Positions 45,762-54,635 of a stretch of 60,076 nt of DNA are shown here, one piece after another. The stretch spans positions 1-60,076 of the IMG/VR virus record IMGVR_UViG_3300018933_000005, one strand, 5' to 3'. Source of the stretch: a virus. Lineage: Duplodnaviria; Caudoviricetes. The stretch's first letter is position 1. Each line of letters opens with the position of its first letter. Under the pieces are notes generated by a model. It made no database searches. It was not told where the DNA came from and worked only from the letters and a program-made list of their open reading frames with translations. Both the position numbers and the translations under genes were made by a program.

Positions 45762-46247
45762 GGCGTGTCCGCGACGAGGCATTCCATCGGCCTGACCTGC
45801 GAATTAGCTACTGGATGGCTGGTGTTTCTCGGTGTTGCATGGGTGCTTCTCGGGGTTGCTCGGGAGAGCTCGTCTCCCAAATTTCTCCCACAGGCGATCC
45901 CCCGGAGCCGGGGGGAGAATGAAGGGCGCGCCCCCCTCCATGGTCCGGAGGGGGGCGCTTAGGGCCGAGCAACCAACGAAGGGGCCACCGAGTTGGCTCC
46001 CGGCCCGCCAGCGTGGGGGGTTCTCCTAATTGACTTCCCGTCTAGCACGGGAGATGCGCCCCCCAAGGGGAGTTCACCCGAAAGGGTGAACAAGCATTCG
46101 ATTAATAGGCGCGGCGGCCCCGCTCTGCGACCGGACTGGAGTCCGCAGAGCTGCGATGTATCGATCCTATGGCCAACCTGCGCGCGTAGGTTCCAGCCTG
46201 CCTCTCTAGCCTGGCGGCCCGCAAGATCGCCGCCGCCGGGAGCAGTC

Positions 46248-46859
46248 GTGGAAGCGCCGTATCAGCGGCTCGCCACCGAGCTGCGCCGCCGCATCGACGC
46301 CGCAGAGTGGCCGCCCGGTGCCCGCTTCCCGTCCATCGCCGCCCTGTCTGCCGAGTACGGCGTGGACCGCGGCATCGTCCAGCGGGCGCTCGGCGTGCTG
46401 CGCCGCGCGGGCCTCCTCGAAGGCCGGCCTGGGGCCCGGTTGACGGTGGCCTACCCTGCGGCCGTGCGGACGCTGACGGATCCGGACGCTCCCTGGCCGT
46501 ACCGGCTGGGCGATGTGGCGCGGGGTGCGGTTCGGGCGACGGAGGAGCTCGCGGCCCGGCTCGGGCTGGAGCGGCGCCTGCTGCTGCACTGGGAGCGGGC
46601 GGAGCTGCTGGACCCGGACGGGCGGCCGGCGATGCTGCTCACCTGCTGGTGGCGCGGGGCCGCTCGGGCGCACACCGCGGTGCGGTGCGAGTTGCGGCCT
46701 CACCAGATGACCACCACGGAGGCCGCGGCGCTCGGCCTGGCGGCGGGCATGCCGGCGCTGCTGGTGGAGCGCACGCGTGTGGATGCGGCGGGTCGCCCAG
46801 TCCAGACTGCTGATCTCGTCCTCCCTGCTGACCGGTGGCGGGTGAGTCTGAGCCTGTAG
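46248..46859 (+). CDS. GntR/HutC-family regulator (wHTH plus short UTRA-like domain; KorSA/TraR-like)
   Basis: PYQRLA.ELR..I....W.PG..FPS...L...YGV; C-terminal EA..LGL..G.PALLVERT. Confidence 0.88.
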   Translation: MEAPYQRLATELRRRIDAAEWPPGARFPSIAALSAEYGVDRGIVQRALGVLRRAGLLEGRPGARLTVAYPAAVRTLTDPDAPWPYRLGDVARGAVRATEELAARLGLERRLLLHWERAELLDPDGRPAMLLTCWWRGAARAHTAVRCELRPHQMTTTEAAALGLAAGMPALLVERTRVDAAGRPVQTADLVLPADRWRVSLSL

Positions 46860-46995
46860 CGGGCCGACTGGTCGGGACCAGTTCAGCACAGGTAGGCGTA
46901 TCCCGAAAGGATGTACAGGGAATCAGTTGCCACGTTGCAACAACGTTGCGCCCTGGATCTCCCCTGCTGTCACACCCTGGCCGTACTCTGCTGCC

Positions 46996-47154
46996 GTGGA
47001 AAGCGAGGAGCCGACTGCCGCGGAGGCGAACCAGGCGGTGCGCGCCTGGGCCGCCGGCCGGACGGTGTGGTCGCCGGCCGATCTGGAGGAGCTGGACCGG
47101 CTGCGCCAGGTGTGGGCGGCGGCGGTGCGCCGGGAGCTGGTGGCCGCGGCGTAG
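46996..47154 (+). CDS. Small hypothetical protein
   Basis: AAEANQAVRAW...W.AAVRRELVAAA. Confidence 0.5.
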   Translation: MESEEPTAAEANQAVRAWAAGRTVWSPADLEELDRLRQVWAAAVRRELVAAA

Positions 47155-47349
47155 GATCCCGGCCGTGACCGCGAGCACGCGAAGCTGGACGGTCTGGACG
47201 GCGACGCTCACTCGGAGCAGCGGGAGGCGTGGCGGATGTGCGCCGAGGCGGTGCAGGCCGCCGTCACCCAGTACGCCGCCGACCATGGCGCCTCCCGGTA
47301 CGAGGTGGAGGCCGCGGTGAAGAAGTCCGCGAGGCACCCGGAGGCATGA
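47155..47349 (+). pseudogene. Start-less, gene-like frame (5'-truncated remnant?)
   Basis: In frame after TAG 47152-47154: ...AWRMCAEAVQAAVTQYAADHGASRYEVEAAVKKSARHPEA*. Confidence 0.35.
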
Positions 47350-47520
47350 AAGCGCCCCGTCTGCCCGCGACGGGGGACGCGAGCAGACGGGGCAGTTAGG
47401 GGAAGTCCGGTGGCCCCGCCGCGCTGTTGGCGGGGCCGTGTCCGCAGCCCGGCAGCACGACGGATGGGACCAGTCCAGTGTGGCAGGCCGTACCGACAGC
47501 GGGGAGCGGACACGAGCGGG

Positions 47521-48057
47521 TCAGGCCGCGACCGCGACCGGGTGAGGCATCACCTCCTCCGACAGCGGCAGCGGGCCGTCCGCGGGGACGTCCCAGATGG
47601 GCCCGTGGTCGGGGCAGTAGGCGTCGAAGCACCAGCCCCACGGGCAGCTACGGCGCCGGGAGAGGTAGCGGGGGGCGACCAGCTCCTCCCCGGCGGGGAG
47701 GGTGCGGCCGGCCGCGCGGTGCGCGTGGAGGATGCACGCCGCGCCCTGGGAGAGGATCCGCTGGGGGGTGTCACCGAGGGAGTAGAAGTCGCCGGTCGCG
47801 GCGTCGTACAGCTCGGCGTGGATGGTGCCGGCGCGGCGGACGAGGATCGCGCCAAGGAGCGCGCCGTCGGCGTCGCGGACCTCGTAGCCGTCAATGGGCA
47901 TCTGGGCGTCGGTCTCGACCAGGTGGGCGAGGGTGCCCTCGACCGCGTCGCTGGCGGCGATCCAGTTCCACTGCTGGAGCTGGGCGGAGGTCATGTGGAC
48001 GAGGAGGACGGTGGTGTCGAGGGAGTGGATGGTGAGGGTCTCAACGGTGCGGTTCAT
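47521..48057 (-). CDS. Hypothetical protein with C-terminal Cys/His cluster
   Basis: GGGAGG RBS; own TTGACA-N17-CATTCT promoter. Confidence 0.65.
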   Translation of the reverse strand: MNRTVETLTIHSLDTTVLLVHMTSAQLQQWNWIAASDAVEGTLAHLVETDAQMPIDGYEVRDADGALLGAILVRRAGTIHAELYDAATGDFYSLGDTPQRILSQGAACILHAHRAAGRTLPAGEELVAPRYLSRRRSCPWGWCFDAYCPDHGPIWDVPADGPLPLSEEVMPHPVAVAA

Positions 48058-48080
48058 AGTGTCCTCCCTGGCGGATCCCC

Positions 48081-48163
48081 GTTTCTGTACCTACAGAATG
48101 CATCCACAATGAAGCCTTGTCAACTCGTCAAAGCAGATGGATGCTAGTTTCTGTACCTACAGA
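48081..48163. promoter_or_regulatory. Duplicated palindromic operator in a divergent promoter region
   Basis: GTTTCTGTACCTACAGA at 48081 and 48147; TTGACA (-) at 48118-48123. Confidence 0.8.
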
Positions 48164-48178
48164 CAGAAGGGGGAACCC

Positions 48179-48358
48179 ATGGCCAGACCGGCGACCGGCG
48201 AGACACCGAAGCACAACGTCCGCGTGCCGAAGGAACTCTGGGACGCCGCCAAGGAGGAGGCGAAGGCGGAAGGCCGCACGATCACCGACGTCATCAACGC
48301 GGCCTTGCATCAGTACGTCACCCGCAGGCGCCGCGAGCGAGGAGCAGCCGACTCCTGA
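48179..48358 (+). CDS. Ribbon-helix-helix (CopG/Arc-like) regulator
   Basis: MARPATGETPKHNVRVPKELWDAA...GRTITDVINAAL..Y. Confidence 0.85.
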   Translation: MARPATGETPKHNVRVPKELWDAAKEEAKAEGRTITDVINAALHQYVTRRRRERGAADS

Positions 48359-48364
48359 GACGCC

Positions 48365-48402
48365 GAGCGCCCCGCCCCCACGCAGGTGGGAGCGGGGCGC
48401 TC
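48365..48402. terminator. Hairpin terminator between convergent genes
   Basis: GAGCGCCCCGCCCCCAC...GTGGGAGCGGGGCGCTC. Confidence 0.65.
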
Positions 48403-48430
48403 TGGGCCTCCAGGAGCGCATAACGTTCCC

Positions 48431-49462
48431 TTACCTGCCCTCTTCGGGCTGGAGTCTTGCGGCGAGGTCGGCGGCCAACGCGTAGGCGGGGTGGTCGTCG
48501 AGTTGTCGGCGGCGCCGGTTGTAGCGCTGGGTGGTGCGCGGGTTGGAGTGGCCGACGGCGTCCTGGACGTCCTGGAGCGGGACCTTGTTGGCGAGGTTGT
48601 CGGTGATGAACTGGTGCCGCAGCGTGTGGGGCTTGATGGACTTCGCCTGCGGGATGCCGGCCCGGCGGGCGAGGACGCGGAGGTGCTTCCACACTTCGGG
48701 CTGTGTCCAGCGGCGGCCTGTCTCGGTGGTGAACAGGGGGCCGTCGCGGCGGTCGCCGAGGTAGGCGAGGAGCGCGTCGAGGGCGAGGGGTGGCACGGGG
48801 ACGGGCTTGCGTTTGCCGCCTTTGAGGGTGAGGGGCAGGGTGCGGTGCCCGCGGTCGTAGCCGAGCTGGTCGGCGTTGAGGGAGAGGACTTCGTCGATGC
48901 GGGGGCCGAGGAGGTAGAGGAGGGTGACGAGGGCGTAGGAGCGGGGTGCCCAGTCGCGGGCGGTGGCGATGAGCCTCGTCACCTCGTCCTGGGTCATGCC
49001 TTCGGTGGGGCTGTAGTCGGGGTCGACGTAGGGGCGGTTGACGGCGGCGAAGGGGTCGGTGTCGACGGCTTGGATGCGGAGGGCGTAGGTGTAGAAGCTC
49101 CCAGCGGCGGCGAGGGCTTGGGCCTGCGCGGATGGGGAGAGGGTGCCGCCGCGTCGGCCGGGCGTTTTCTCCAGGTGCTTGGCGTAGGCGTCGGCGAGGG
49201 GCAGCTTGGCCTGGAGGGGGTGGATGTGGGTGGAGCGTGCGTAGTCGTCCCAGCGGCGGAAGGCGCGGGCGTAGGCCCGTCTGGTGTGGCGGGACTTCTG
49301 GCGGGCGATCCATCCTCCGGCGATGGTGGGGAGGGGGTCGTGCTCGCCGTAGATGTCGAGCAGGTGGTCGTGGAGGGCGCGTGCTTCGCCTGGCCAGTCG
49401 TCGCGGGGGTCGTGCCGGTCGGTCGACAGCTCCGCCGACGGGCGCGGAACGAGGGTCGTCAC
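48431..49462 (-). CDS. Second tyrosine recombinase (XerC/D-like resolvase, no arm-binding domain)
   Basis: SRHTRRAY, GPRIDE, LKGGK, PHTLRH, VQDAVGHSNPRTTQRY. Confidence 0.93.
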   Translation of the reverse strand: MTTLVPRPSAELSTDRHDPRDDWPGEARALHDHLLDIYGEHDPLPTIAGGWIARQKSRHTRRAYARAFRRWDDYARSTHIHPLQAKLPLADAYAKHLEKTPGRRGGTLSPSAQAQALAAAGSFYTYALRIQAVDTDPFAAVNRPYVDPDYSPTEGMTQDEVTRLIATARDWAPRSYALVTLLYLLGPRIDEVLSLNADQLGYDRGHRTLPLTLKGGKRKPVPVPPLALDALLAYLGDRRDGPLFTTETGRRWTQPEVWKHLRVLARRAGIPQAKSIKPHTLRHQFITDNLANKVPLQDVQDAVGHSNPRTTQRYNRRRRQLDDHPAYALAADLAARLQPEEGR

Positions 49463-49662
49463 GCAACTCCTTCGTAGTAGTAGAGGTGAGCCGGGCCCGA
49501 GTCGTTCGGGTTCGCACCTCGCCGGTAGATGAGCTTCCGGGCTACGCCGGACTCGGTGACATGCAGGGGCAGATGCTCGCGCGGCGGGTCGATGGGGTCG
49601 CCGTCCAGCGTCACGCTCTGCCCGTCCAGCGGGCCATCGGTGAGCTTCGCTTCCACGCTCAT
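49459..49662 (-). CDS. Small hypothetical protein coupled to the recombinase
   Basis: DGPLDG motif; GAGGAGG RBS. Confidence 0.65.
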   Translation of the reverse strand: MSVEAKLTDGPLDGQSVTLDGDPIDPPREHLPLHVTESGVARKLIYRRGANPNDSGPAHLYYYEGVA

Positions 49663-49675
49663 GAGCTCCTCCTCA

Positions 49676-49755
49676 GTATTGGATAACTGTCATTATCAAC
49701 CATCGAGTTGGGCATTCACCAGCCCCCACGCCGCAGGCGATATGGCATGTTATCG
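49676..49755. other. dif-like recombination/operator sites
   Basis: GTATTGGATAA-CTGTCA-TTATCAACCAT (49676-49703) and CGATAT-GGCATG-TTATCG (49738-49755). Confidence 0.65.
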
Positions 49756-49886
49756 AGGGGGCCTGACACTCCTCCCCCGTACACGACGAAGTGCCCCCGC
49801 TCCCCCCATGGAAGGGGAGAACGGGGGCACTCGTAGTTGTGCCTCGGGCCGGCCTTCCACGACAGGGCCGGTCCGGGGTCCTGTCG

Positions 49887-50246
49887 TCACACTCCAGTTC
49901 GGTAATAGTTCTCTACATCCTCCGGCGTCTCTACGGGGGTGCCGCCTAGCGCCACCACCTGATCCCGCAGCCGAAGCGCCCACCGCGAGACAGAGAACAG
50001 CAGCGCCTTCACTGACCGCAGTTCAGCGCGGACCTCGGTGAGCTCCTTCTGCATGTCGTCGCGGATCGCCTGGAACGCGGCGAGGTCGGCGGCCCGCTGG
50101 TTGGGTTCCGCCTGCGCCTGGGCTGCGGCCTGGGTGGCTTCTGCTGTGGCCTTGGCCGCGGCTTTCGTCGCCCGCGCAGCGAACAGCCCGGCAACGACCA
50201 TGCCGATGGTGCCGAACGCTGCGACGAGTCCGCCCCAGATGGTCAT
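49887..50246 (-). CDS. Membrane-anchored coiled-coil protein (lysis cassette)
   Basis: N-terminal TM followed by coiled coil. Confidence 0.7.
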   Translation of the reverse strand: MTIWGGLVAAFGTIGMVVAGLFAARATKAAAKATAEATQAAAQAQAEPNQRAADLAAFQAIRDDMQKELTEVRAELRSVKALLFSVSRWALRLRDQVVALGGTPVETPEDVENYYRTGV

Positions 50247-50689
50247 GGGGATGCGCCTCTCCGGGCGCGCCGCGGCGGTGGGGGCACCGAGTACTCGGGC
50301 ACCGTGGCCGCCCACAGGATGACCCCGACGTGCGAGGTGAGGTACCAGATCGCGACGAAGCCGCCGCGTGCGTACTCGCCGGTGATGACGGCGAGGGTGT
50401 AGGCCATGGCCCACACGGTGGGGGGGATGAGGGCTGCGATGTATCCGAACCAGTCGCGACCCACGCGCAGGAACGCGCTAGCTGTGGTGATGGCCCCGGC
50501 GCCGATCCACAGCCAGGCCCAGGACCGTAGCGAGCACATGTCGGTGAGGAGGTCGAGGCCGGGCGGTGCGGCTGCCGAGACGAGGAAGCCGATACCGAAG
50601 CAGGTCTTGCCGGTGCCTAGGATCAACAAGAAGGTGCCGCGGCGGCCCAGGTGAGCGCGTAGCCGCCGGGCCGCGCGGCACACGGTCAC
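50243..50689 (-). CDS. Four-TM membrane protein (lysis cassette)
   Basis: Four hydrophobic segments. Confidence 0.7.
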   Translation of the reverse strand: MTVCRAARRLRAHLGRRGTFLLILGTGKTCFGIGFLVSAAAPPGLDLLTDMCSLRSWAWLWIGAGAITTASAFLRVGRDWFGYIAALIPPTVWAMAYTLAVITGEYARGGFVAIWYLTSHVGVILWAATVPEYSVPPPPRRARRGASP

Positions 50690-50985
50690 ACCCCGGGGGC
50701 CGTCGAGGCGCTGTTGCGGGCGCCGATGAACTTGGCGATGAGGCCCTTCAGGAGAGAGCCCACCGCGGCAACACCGGCCGCGGCGGCGGTCTCCCAGAAG
50801 GTCGCGCTGAACATGTCGCCGGGGCCAGCCGCGATGGCCACGCCGGCGAAGGCGACGACGAACGTGGCGAGGACCCGCTCGACGAGGTCGCGGGCGTAGG
50901 TGGCGCCGGTGCGGACGACGGTCTCGACGTCGCCGCGGGAGGGCAGGTTGGAGGTCATGGCAGATCCGTTCTGGGAGAAGGTCAC
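50686..50985 (-). CDS. Holin (r1t-like)
   Basis: DLVERVLATF...AAAAGVAAVGSLLKG; follows the endolysin. Confidence 0.8.
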   Translation of the reverse strand: MTFSQNGSAMTSNLPSRGDVETVVRTGATYARDLVERVLATFVVAFAGVAIAAGPGDMFSATFWETAAAAGVAAVGSLLKGLIAKFIGARNSASTAPGV

Positions 50986-51923
50986 TTCGGGGGGAGTTTG
51001 AGTTCCTGGCCGGGGCTGATGGCGTCAGCGTCCGTCAACCCGTTGAGCTTGGCGATCTCGCGGTAGCGGTTGCCGTTTCCGAGCCTGCTGGCGGCGATGG
51101 ACCAGAGGGTGTCGCCGCGGCCGACGGTGTAGATCGTGACGCCGGGGACTCGCAGGGTCTGGCCGGGCTTGAGCCGGTCCGGGTCGGCGATGTCGTTGAG
51201 GTCGACGAGGACAGGCACGGTCGTCTTCCACTGGCGGGCGATGGACCACAGGGTGTCGCCGGAGCGCACGGTGTACGTGGTGGTCGACGGGGCCGGCGTG
51301 GGCTTCGGCGTCGGGGTGATGGTGCCGGGCTTGATGGCGAGGCGGGCCCGCACGCGGGCGCGCATCCCCTTCATGGTGAAGCCGCGGGGGTCGACCTTGC
51401 CGGGCTGCCACTCCAGGTGCCCGATCACGGACTCGGCCTTCCAGCCGTGGTGGCGGCAGAGCGCCGCCGCGGCGCGTTCGATCGCGTCGAGCTGGGCCGC
51501 GGGCCACGGGTCCTTGCCGTCGCCCAGGTTCTCGCATTCGAAGCCGTAGAAGTAGCGGTTGCCGTCGGCGGTGGCCTCGTTGTCTGTCGGTAGGTCGGCC
51601 TCGGCGATGACGGCCCTGAGCACGTCGTCGTCGCCGGAGCCGGCGTGGTTGGCGCGGCCGTAGCCGACGAGGTGGATGGTGCCGTCCTTGGTGATGACGC
51701 CGTGGCACAGCGGCCCGGGCAGGCCGCTGTAGCCGATGCGGCAGATCTCCACGGTGCGGGCCGATCCGGAGGTGACAGTGTGGTGGATCATCACGCCGTT
51801 GACAGGGCCCCAGGGCCCCTTGTGGTTGCGGTTGTGGCTGCGCCAGTTGCCGACCTCGATGACCTTGCAGCCTTCGGCTCTGAGCGCGGCGCGGAACTCG
51901 GTGGCGGACATGGGTGCGGCCAT
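50982..51923 (-). CDS. Endolysin: N-acetylmuramoyl-L-alanine amidase with two LysM domains
   Basis: IHHT, RANHAG, YGFE, IGH.E....K.DP; YTVRSGDTLWSIA and YTVGRGDTLWSIA. Confidence 0.95.
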   Translation of the reverse strand: MAAPMSATEFRAALRAEGCKVIEVGNWRSHNRNHKGPWGPVNGVMIHHTVTSGSARTVEICRIGYSGLPGPLCHGVITKDGTIHLVGYGRANHAGSGDDDVLRAVIAEADLPTDNEATADGNRYFYGFECENLGDGKDPWPAAQLDAIERAAAALCRHHGWKAESVIGHLEWQPGKVDPRGFTMKGMRARVRARLAIKPGTITPTPKPTPAPSTTTYTVRSGDTLWSIARQWKTTVPVLVDLNDIADPDRLKPGQTLRVPGVTIYTVGRGDTLWSIAASRLGNGNRYREIAKLNGLTDADAISPGQELKLPPK

Positions 51924-51983
51924 GAGGCCTCCTCGGGCATGAGAAAAGCCCCGGCGGGGCGGGGCTGCGTGGGGCTGGGCTGG

Positions 51984-53999
51984 TCAGGGGGTGCCGGCGT
52001 CGTAGGGCGACAGGTTCGCCCCGGTGGTGCCGTCAGCGATGGCGGTGGGGTTGCCCTGGTTCAGCACGTCGTTGCCGAACCGGCGGACCCCGGTGACCGA
52101 CGAGGTGATACCGATGGCGTTGACCGCCTCGTTCCCGCCGTCGCCAGCCTTGCGGTAGGTGTTGTTGGTGATGGTGACCCCGGCGACGTTGGTGGAGACG
52201 CGGATACCAAACCCGGTGCCGTCCGTCCGGCCGCACGCACGGACGAAGTTGTCGGCCAGCCGGACCGCGCCGCCGCGCAGCACGTACAGGCCGTTGGTGC
52301 CGCACACCGACACATGGTTGCCGCCCACCAGGACGTTGGTGGAGGTGTCCAGGCTGATGCCGTGCACGGTGGAGTTGTCCACCCGGTTGCCGGTGACGGA
52401 GCCGTCGTTGGCGTCGAACAGGCTGATCCCGGACCCGGTGCAGCCGTGGACCAGGTTGCCGGTGACGGCGAACTCCTCGCAGAACTGGAGCCGGACGCCG
52501 TTCTGCCCGGCCGCGGAGCCGTCGATGGTGTTGCCGGTGACCGCGACGCGGCGGATCCGGCTGCCGCTCTCGCCCTGGAGGATGATCGGGTCGTCGTAGC
52601 CGGTGGAGTTGCGGATGACGTTGCCCGCGACCGTGGCCACCTGGGCATCCTGGGTGAAGCCGCCGCGAGCGGCATCGGCGACCCGCAGCCACACCCCGGC
52701 GCCGCAGGAGTCGATGGTGTTGTCGGTGACGGCGACCTCGTCCCAGTTGTAGGCGGACACCGCGTACTGCGGGCAGGACTCGAAGTTGTTGCCTGCGATG
52801 CGGATGCGGCGGTGCCATACGCCCAGGCTGGCCGCGTGGGAGCCGACCCCGCGGGGCCAGGAGGTGGTGCCCGGAGTGCCGGACGGGCCGACGTAGCAGC
52901 CGGTCATCTCGATGTCCCGGCAGGGGGTCAGATCGTAGGGTCCGAAGCCGCCGAAGGCGCCGGAGTTGAGCGCCAGGTCGATCTGCACGGCCTCGCTCAG
53001 ATCACGTCCGCCGGGGTCGGTGAAGCCGAGGAAGCGGCAGTCGACGATGTGGACGTCGCGGCAGGCGTTGACCTCCACGGCGTGGAAGCCGGGGGTGTCG
53101 CGGATCTCCACGCCGCGGATGGTGATGTTCTCCGCGTGGCCCAGGCTGATGCACATGCGGGAGCCGGTCAGGCCGGGCGTGGTGGAGCGCATGTCCCACA
53201 CACCGCCCTCGATGGTGAGGTTGCCGTGCCCGGTGTAGCCGCCGAAGGTCTGGTCGGCGTCGCCGTTCAGCAGCAGCGTGGCATCGGCGGCGCGCACGAA
53301 CTTGGCGCCTGGCATCAGCGTCAGCCGGGTGTTGCGGTAGATCCGCAGCGGCAGCGTGGCGAGCCGGTAGGTGCCTGGGGGGACGATGACCCAGCCGCCG
53401 CCCGCGGCCGACGCGGCGGACAGGGCGGCCTGGATCGCGGGGGCGTCGTTTGCCGTGCCGTTGCCGGCAGCGCCGTAGATCCGCGGGTTGAAGATCCGCA
53501 TGCCGGAGAGGGAGATGCCGCCGAGGGCATCGAAGATTCCATTGACGGTGAGGTCCCCCGTGGCGTGGAGGGAGTCGACGGTGGCGCCTCCGGAGACGTC
53601 CAGACCAGACTCGACGGTGGCGCCACCCGCGAGCGTGACGGGCGCGGTCACGGTGCCGCCGGTGGCCGTGGACAGCTTGTCGCCGACCTGGTCGAGGGCC
53701 TGCTGGGCAACCTCGCGCCCAGCCTCGTACCAGCGAACCGGCCCGTTAGGGCCGTTGTACTCGTACTCGATGGCGGTGACGTCAGCCGCTTTGAAGACGC
53801 GGATCGCGCCCGGGGCATTGCTGCCGGTCGGGTTGGTGCGGAGTTCGGAGATGGGGGTGGTGCCGTCCGCCTCGTACAGGGCGGTGACCAGGGCGCCGGT
53901 GCCGGCCACGCGGACGAGCACCGGATAGTTCGGGACGACGTTCCCGGCCGAGTCGGTGAGGACCGCCGCGGGGTTGCCGCCGAAGGTGTACAGAGCCAC
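51984..53999 (-). CDS. Tail spike with right-handed beta-helix (pectate-lyase-like)
   Basis: YGAAGNGTANDAPAIQAAL..A...GGG.V.VPPGTY followed by many VTGN-type repeats. Confidence 0.85.
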   Translation of the reverse strand: MALYTFGGNPAAVLTDSAGNVVPNYPVLVRVAGTGALVTALYEADGTTPISELRTNPTGSNAPGAIRVFKAADVTAIEYEYNGPNGPVRWYEAGREVAQQALDQVGDKLSTATGGTVTAPVTLAGGATVESGLDVSGGATVDSLHATGDLTVNGIFDALGGISLSGMRIFNPRIYGAAGNGTANDAPAIQAALSAASAAGGGWVIVPPGTYRLATLPLRIYRNTRLTLMPGAKFVRAADATLLLNGDADQTFGGYTGHGNLTIEGGVWDMRSTTPGLTGSRMCISLGHAENITIRGVEIRDTPGFHAVEVNACRDVHIVDCRFLGFTDPGGRDLSEAVQIDLALNSGAFGGFGPYDLTPCRDIEMTGCYVGPSGTPGTTSWPRGVGSHAASLGVWHRRIRIAGNNFESCPQYAVSAYNWDEVAVTDNTIDSCGAGVWLRVADAARGGFTQDAQVATVAGNVIRNSTGYDDPIILQGESGSRIRRVAVTGNTIDGSAAGQNGVRLQFCEEFAVTGNLVHGCTGSGISLFDANDGSVTGNRVDNSTVHGISLDTSTNVLVGGNHVSVCGTNGLYVLRGGAVRLADNFVRACGRTDGTGFGIRVSTNVAGVTITNNTYRKAGDGGNEAVNAIGITSSVTGVRRFGNDVLNQGNPTAIADGTTGANLSPYDAGTP

Positions 54000-54009
54000 G
54001 CGCGCCCCC

Positions 54010-54627
54010 TCAGTCGGTCCAGTAGTTGCCGGAGATGTTCACCCAGGGCGTGCCCGCAGGGACTTCCTGCGTCCACCACACGAGCGTCCCCGGCGGGCCC
54101 CACGAGGAGGACGGGTTGTCCTTGCCGACCATCTCGATCTTTCCGACGCCGACGACGATGTCCCCGGCGAGCGAGCAGGCCGCGGGCCAGGACGCCTGCG
54201 TCAGCGGGGCGATGTCGGTGGGCACGGCGCAGATGGCGACGCCGTTGGTGGGGATGTTCGTCTCATCGGTCCGGGCGATCCGGCCTCGCAGGTGGACCTG
54301 CCCGTTGACGAGCCGGTACTCCGCCGGGGGGCTGGAGATGGTGTAGCCGGCGGCGGGGATGACCGGCTGCCATGCGCCGCGCGGCTCGTGCACCGTCACC
54401 CACACGTCCGGGGACACGCCGGTCTTGACCCACATGGTGCCGTTGGCGGCGACGGCGACGGTGTTGACGGGGGCGTCGGCGAGTTCGGTGTCCCGGTCGG
54501 CGGCGTTGGTGACGTGGTGCAGCAGGCGCAGGTCGATGGCGGCGGCGAGAGCGGCCATCTGGCCCGCGCCGGTGGGCGCGTCGCTGCCGTCGGGGACGGG
54601 GAGTTGCGCATAGCCGATGGTGGCCAA
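54010..54627 (-). CDS. Minor tail protein
   Basis: TTG 54627 after AGGAG; YRLVNGQVHLRG. Confidence 0.65.
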   Translation of the reverse strand: MATIGYAQLPVPDGSDAPTGAGQMAALAAAIDLRLLHHVTNAADRDTELADAPVNTVAVAANGTMWVKTGVSPDVWVTVHEPRGAWQPVIPAAGYTISSPPAEYRLVNGQVHLRGRIARTDETNIPTNGVAICAVPTDIAPLTQASWPAACSLAGDIVVGVGKIEMVGKDNPSSSWGPPGTLVWWTQEVPAGTPWVNISGNYWTD

Positions 54628-54635
54628 GATGTCTC

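Larger units (their letters stand above)
45540..45890. mobile_element. attP region with arm-type repeats
   Basis: TCTCCCA(G/A)ATTTCTCCCA at 45540 and 45873 flanking a host-gene fragment. Confidence 0.8.

Noticed and set aside
45540-46200. tRNA or tmRNA fragment at attP
   Set aside because: No cloverleaf or T-arm found; the acyl-CoA dehydrogenase 3' end explains the site
48413-48440. GGAGCGCATAA resembling an XerC half-site downstream of the recombinase
   Set aside because: The partner half-site is poor and the spacing is off; may be chance
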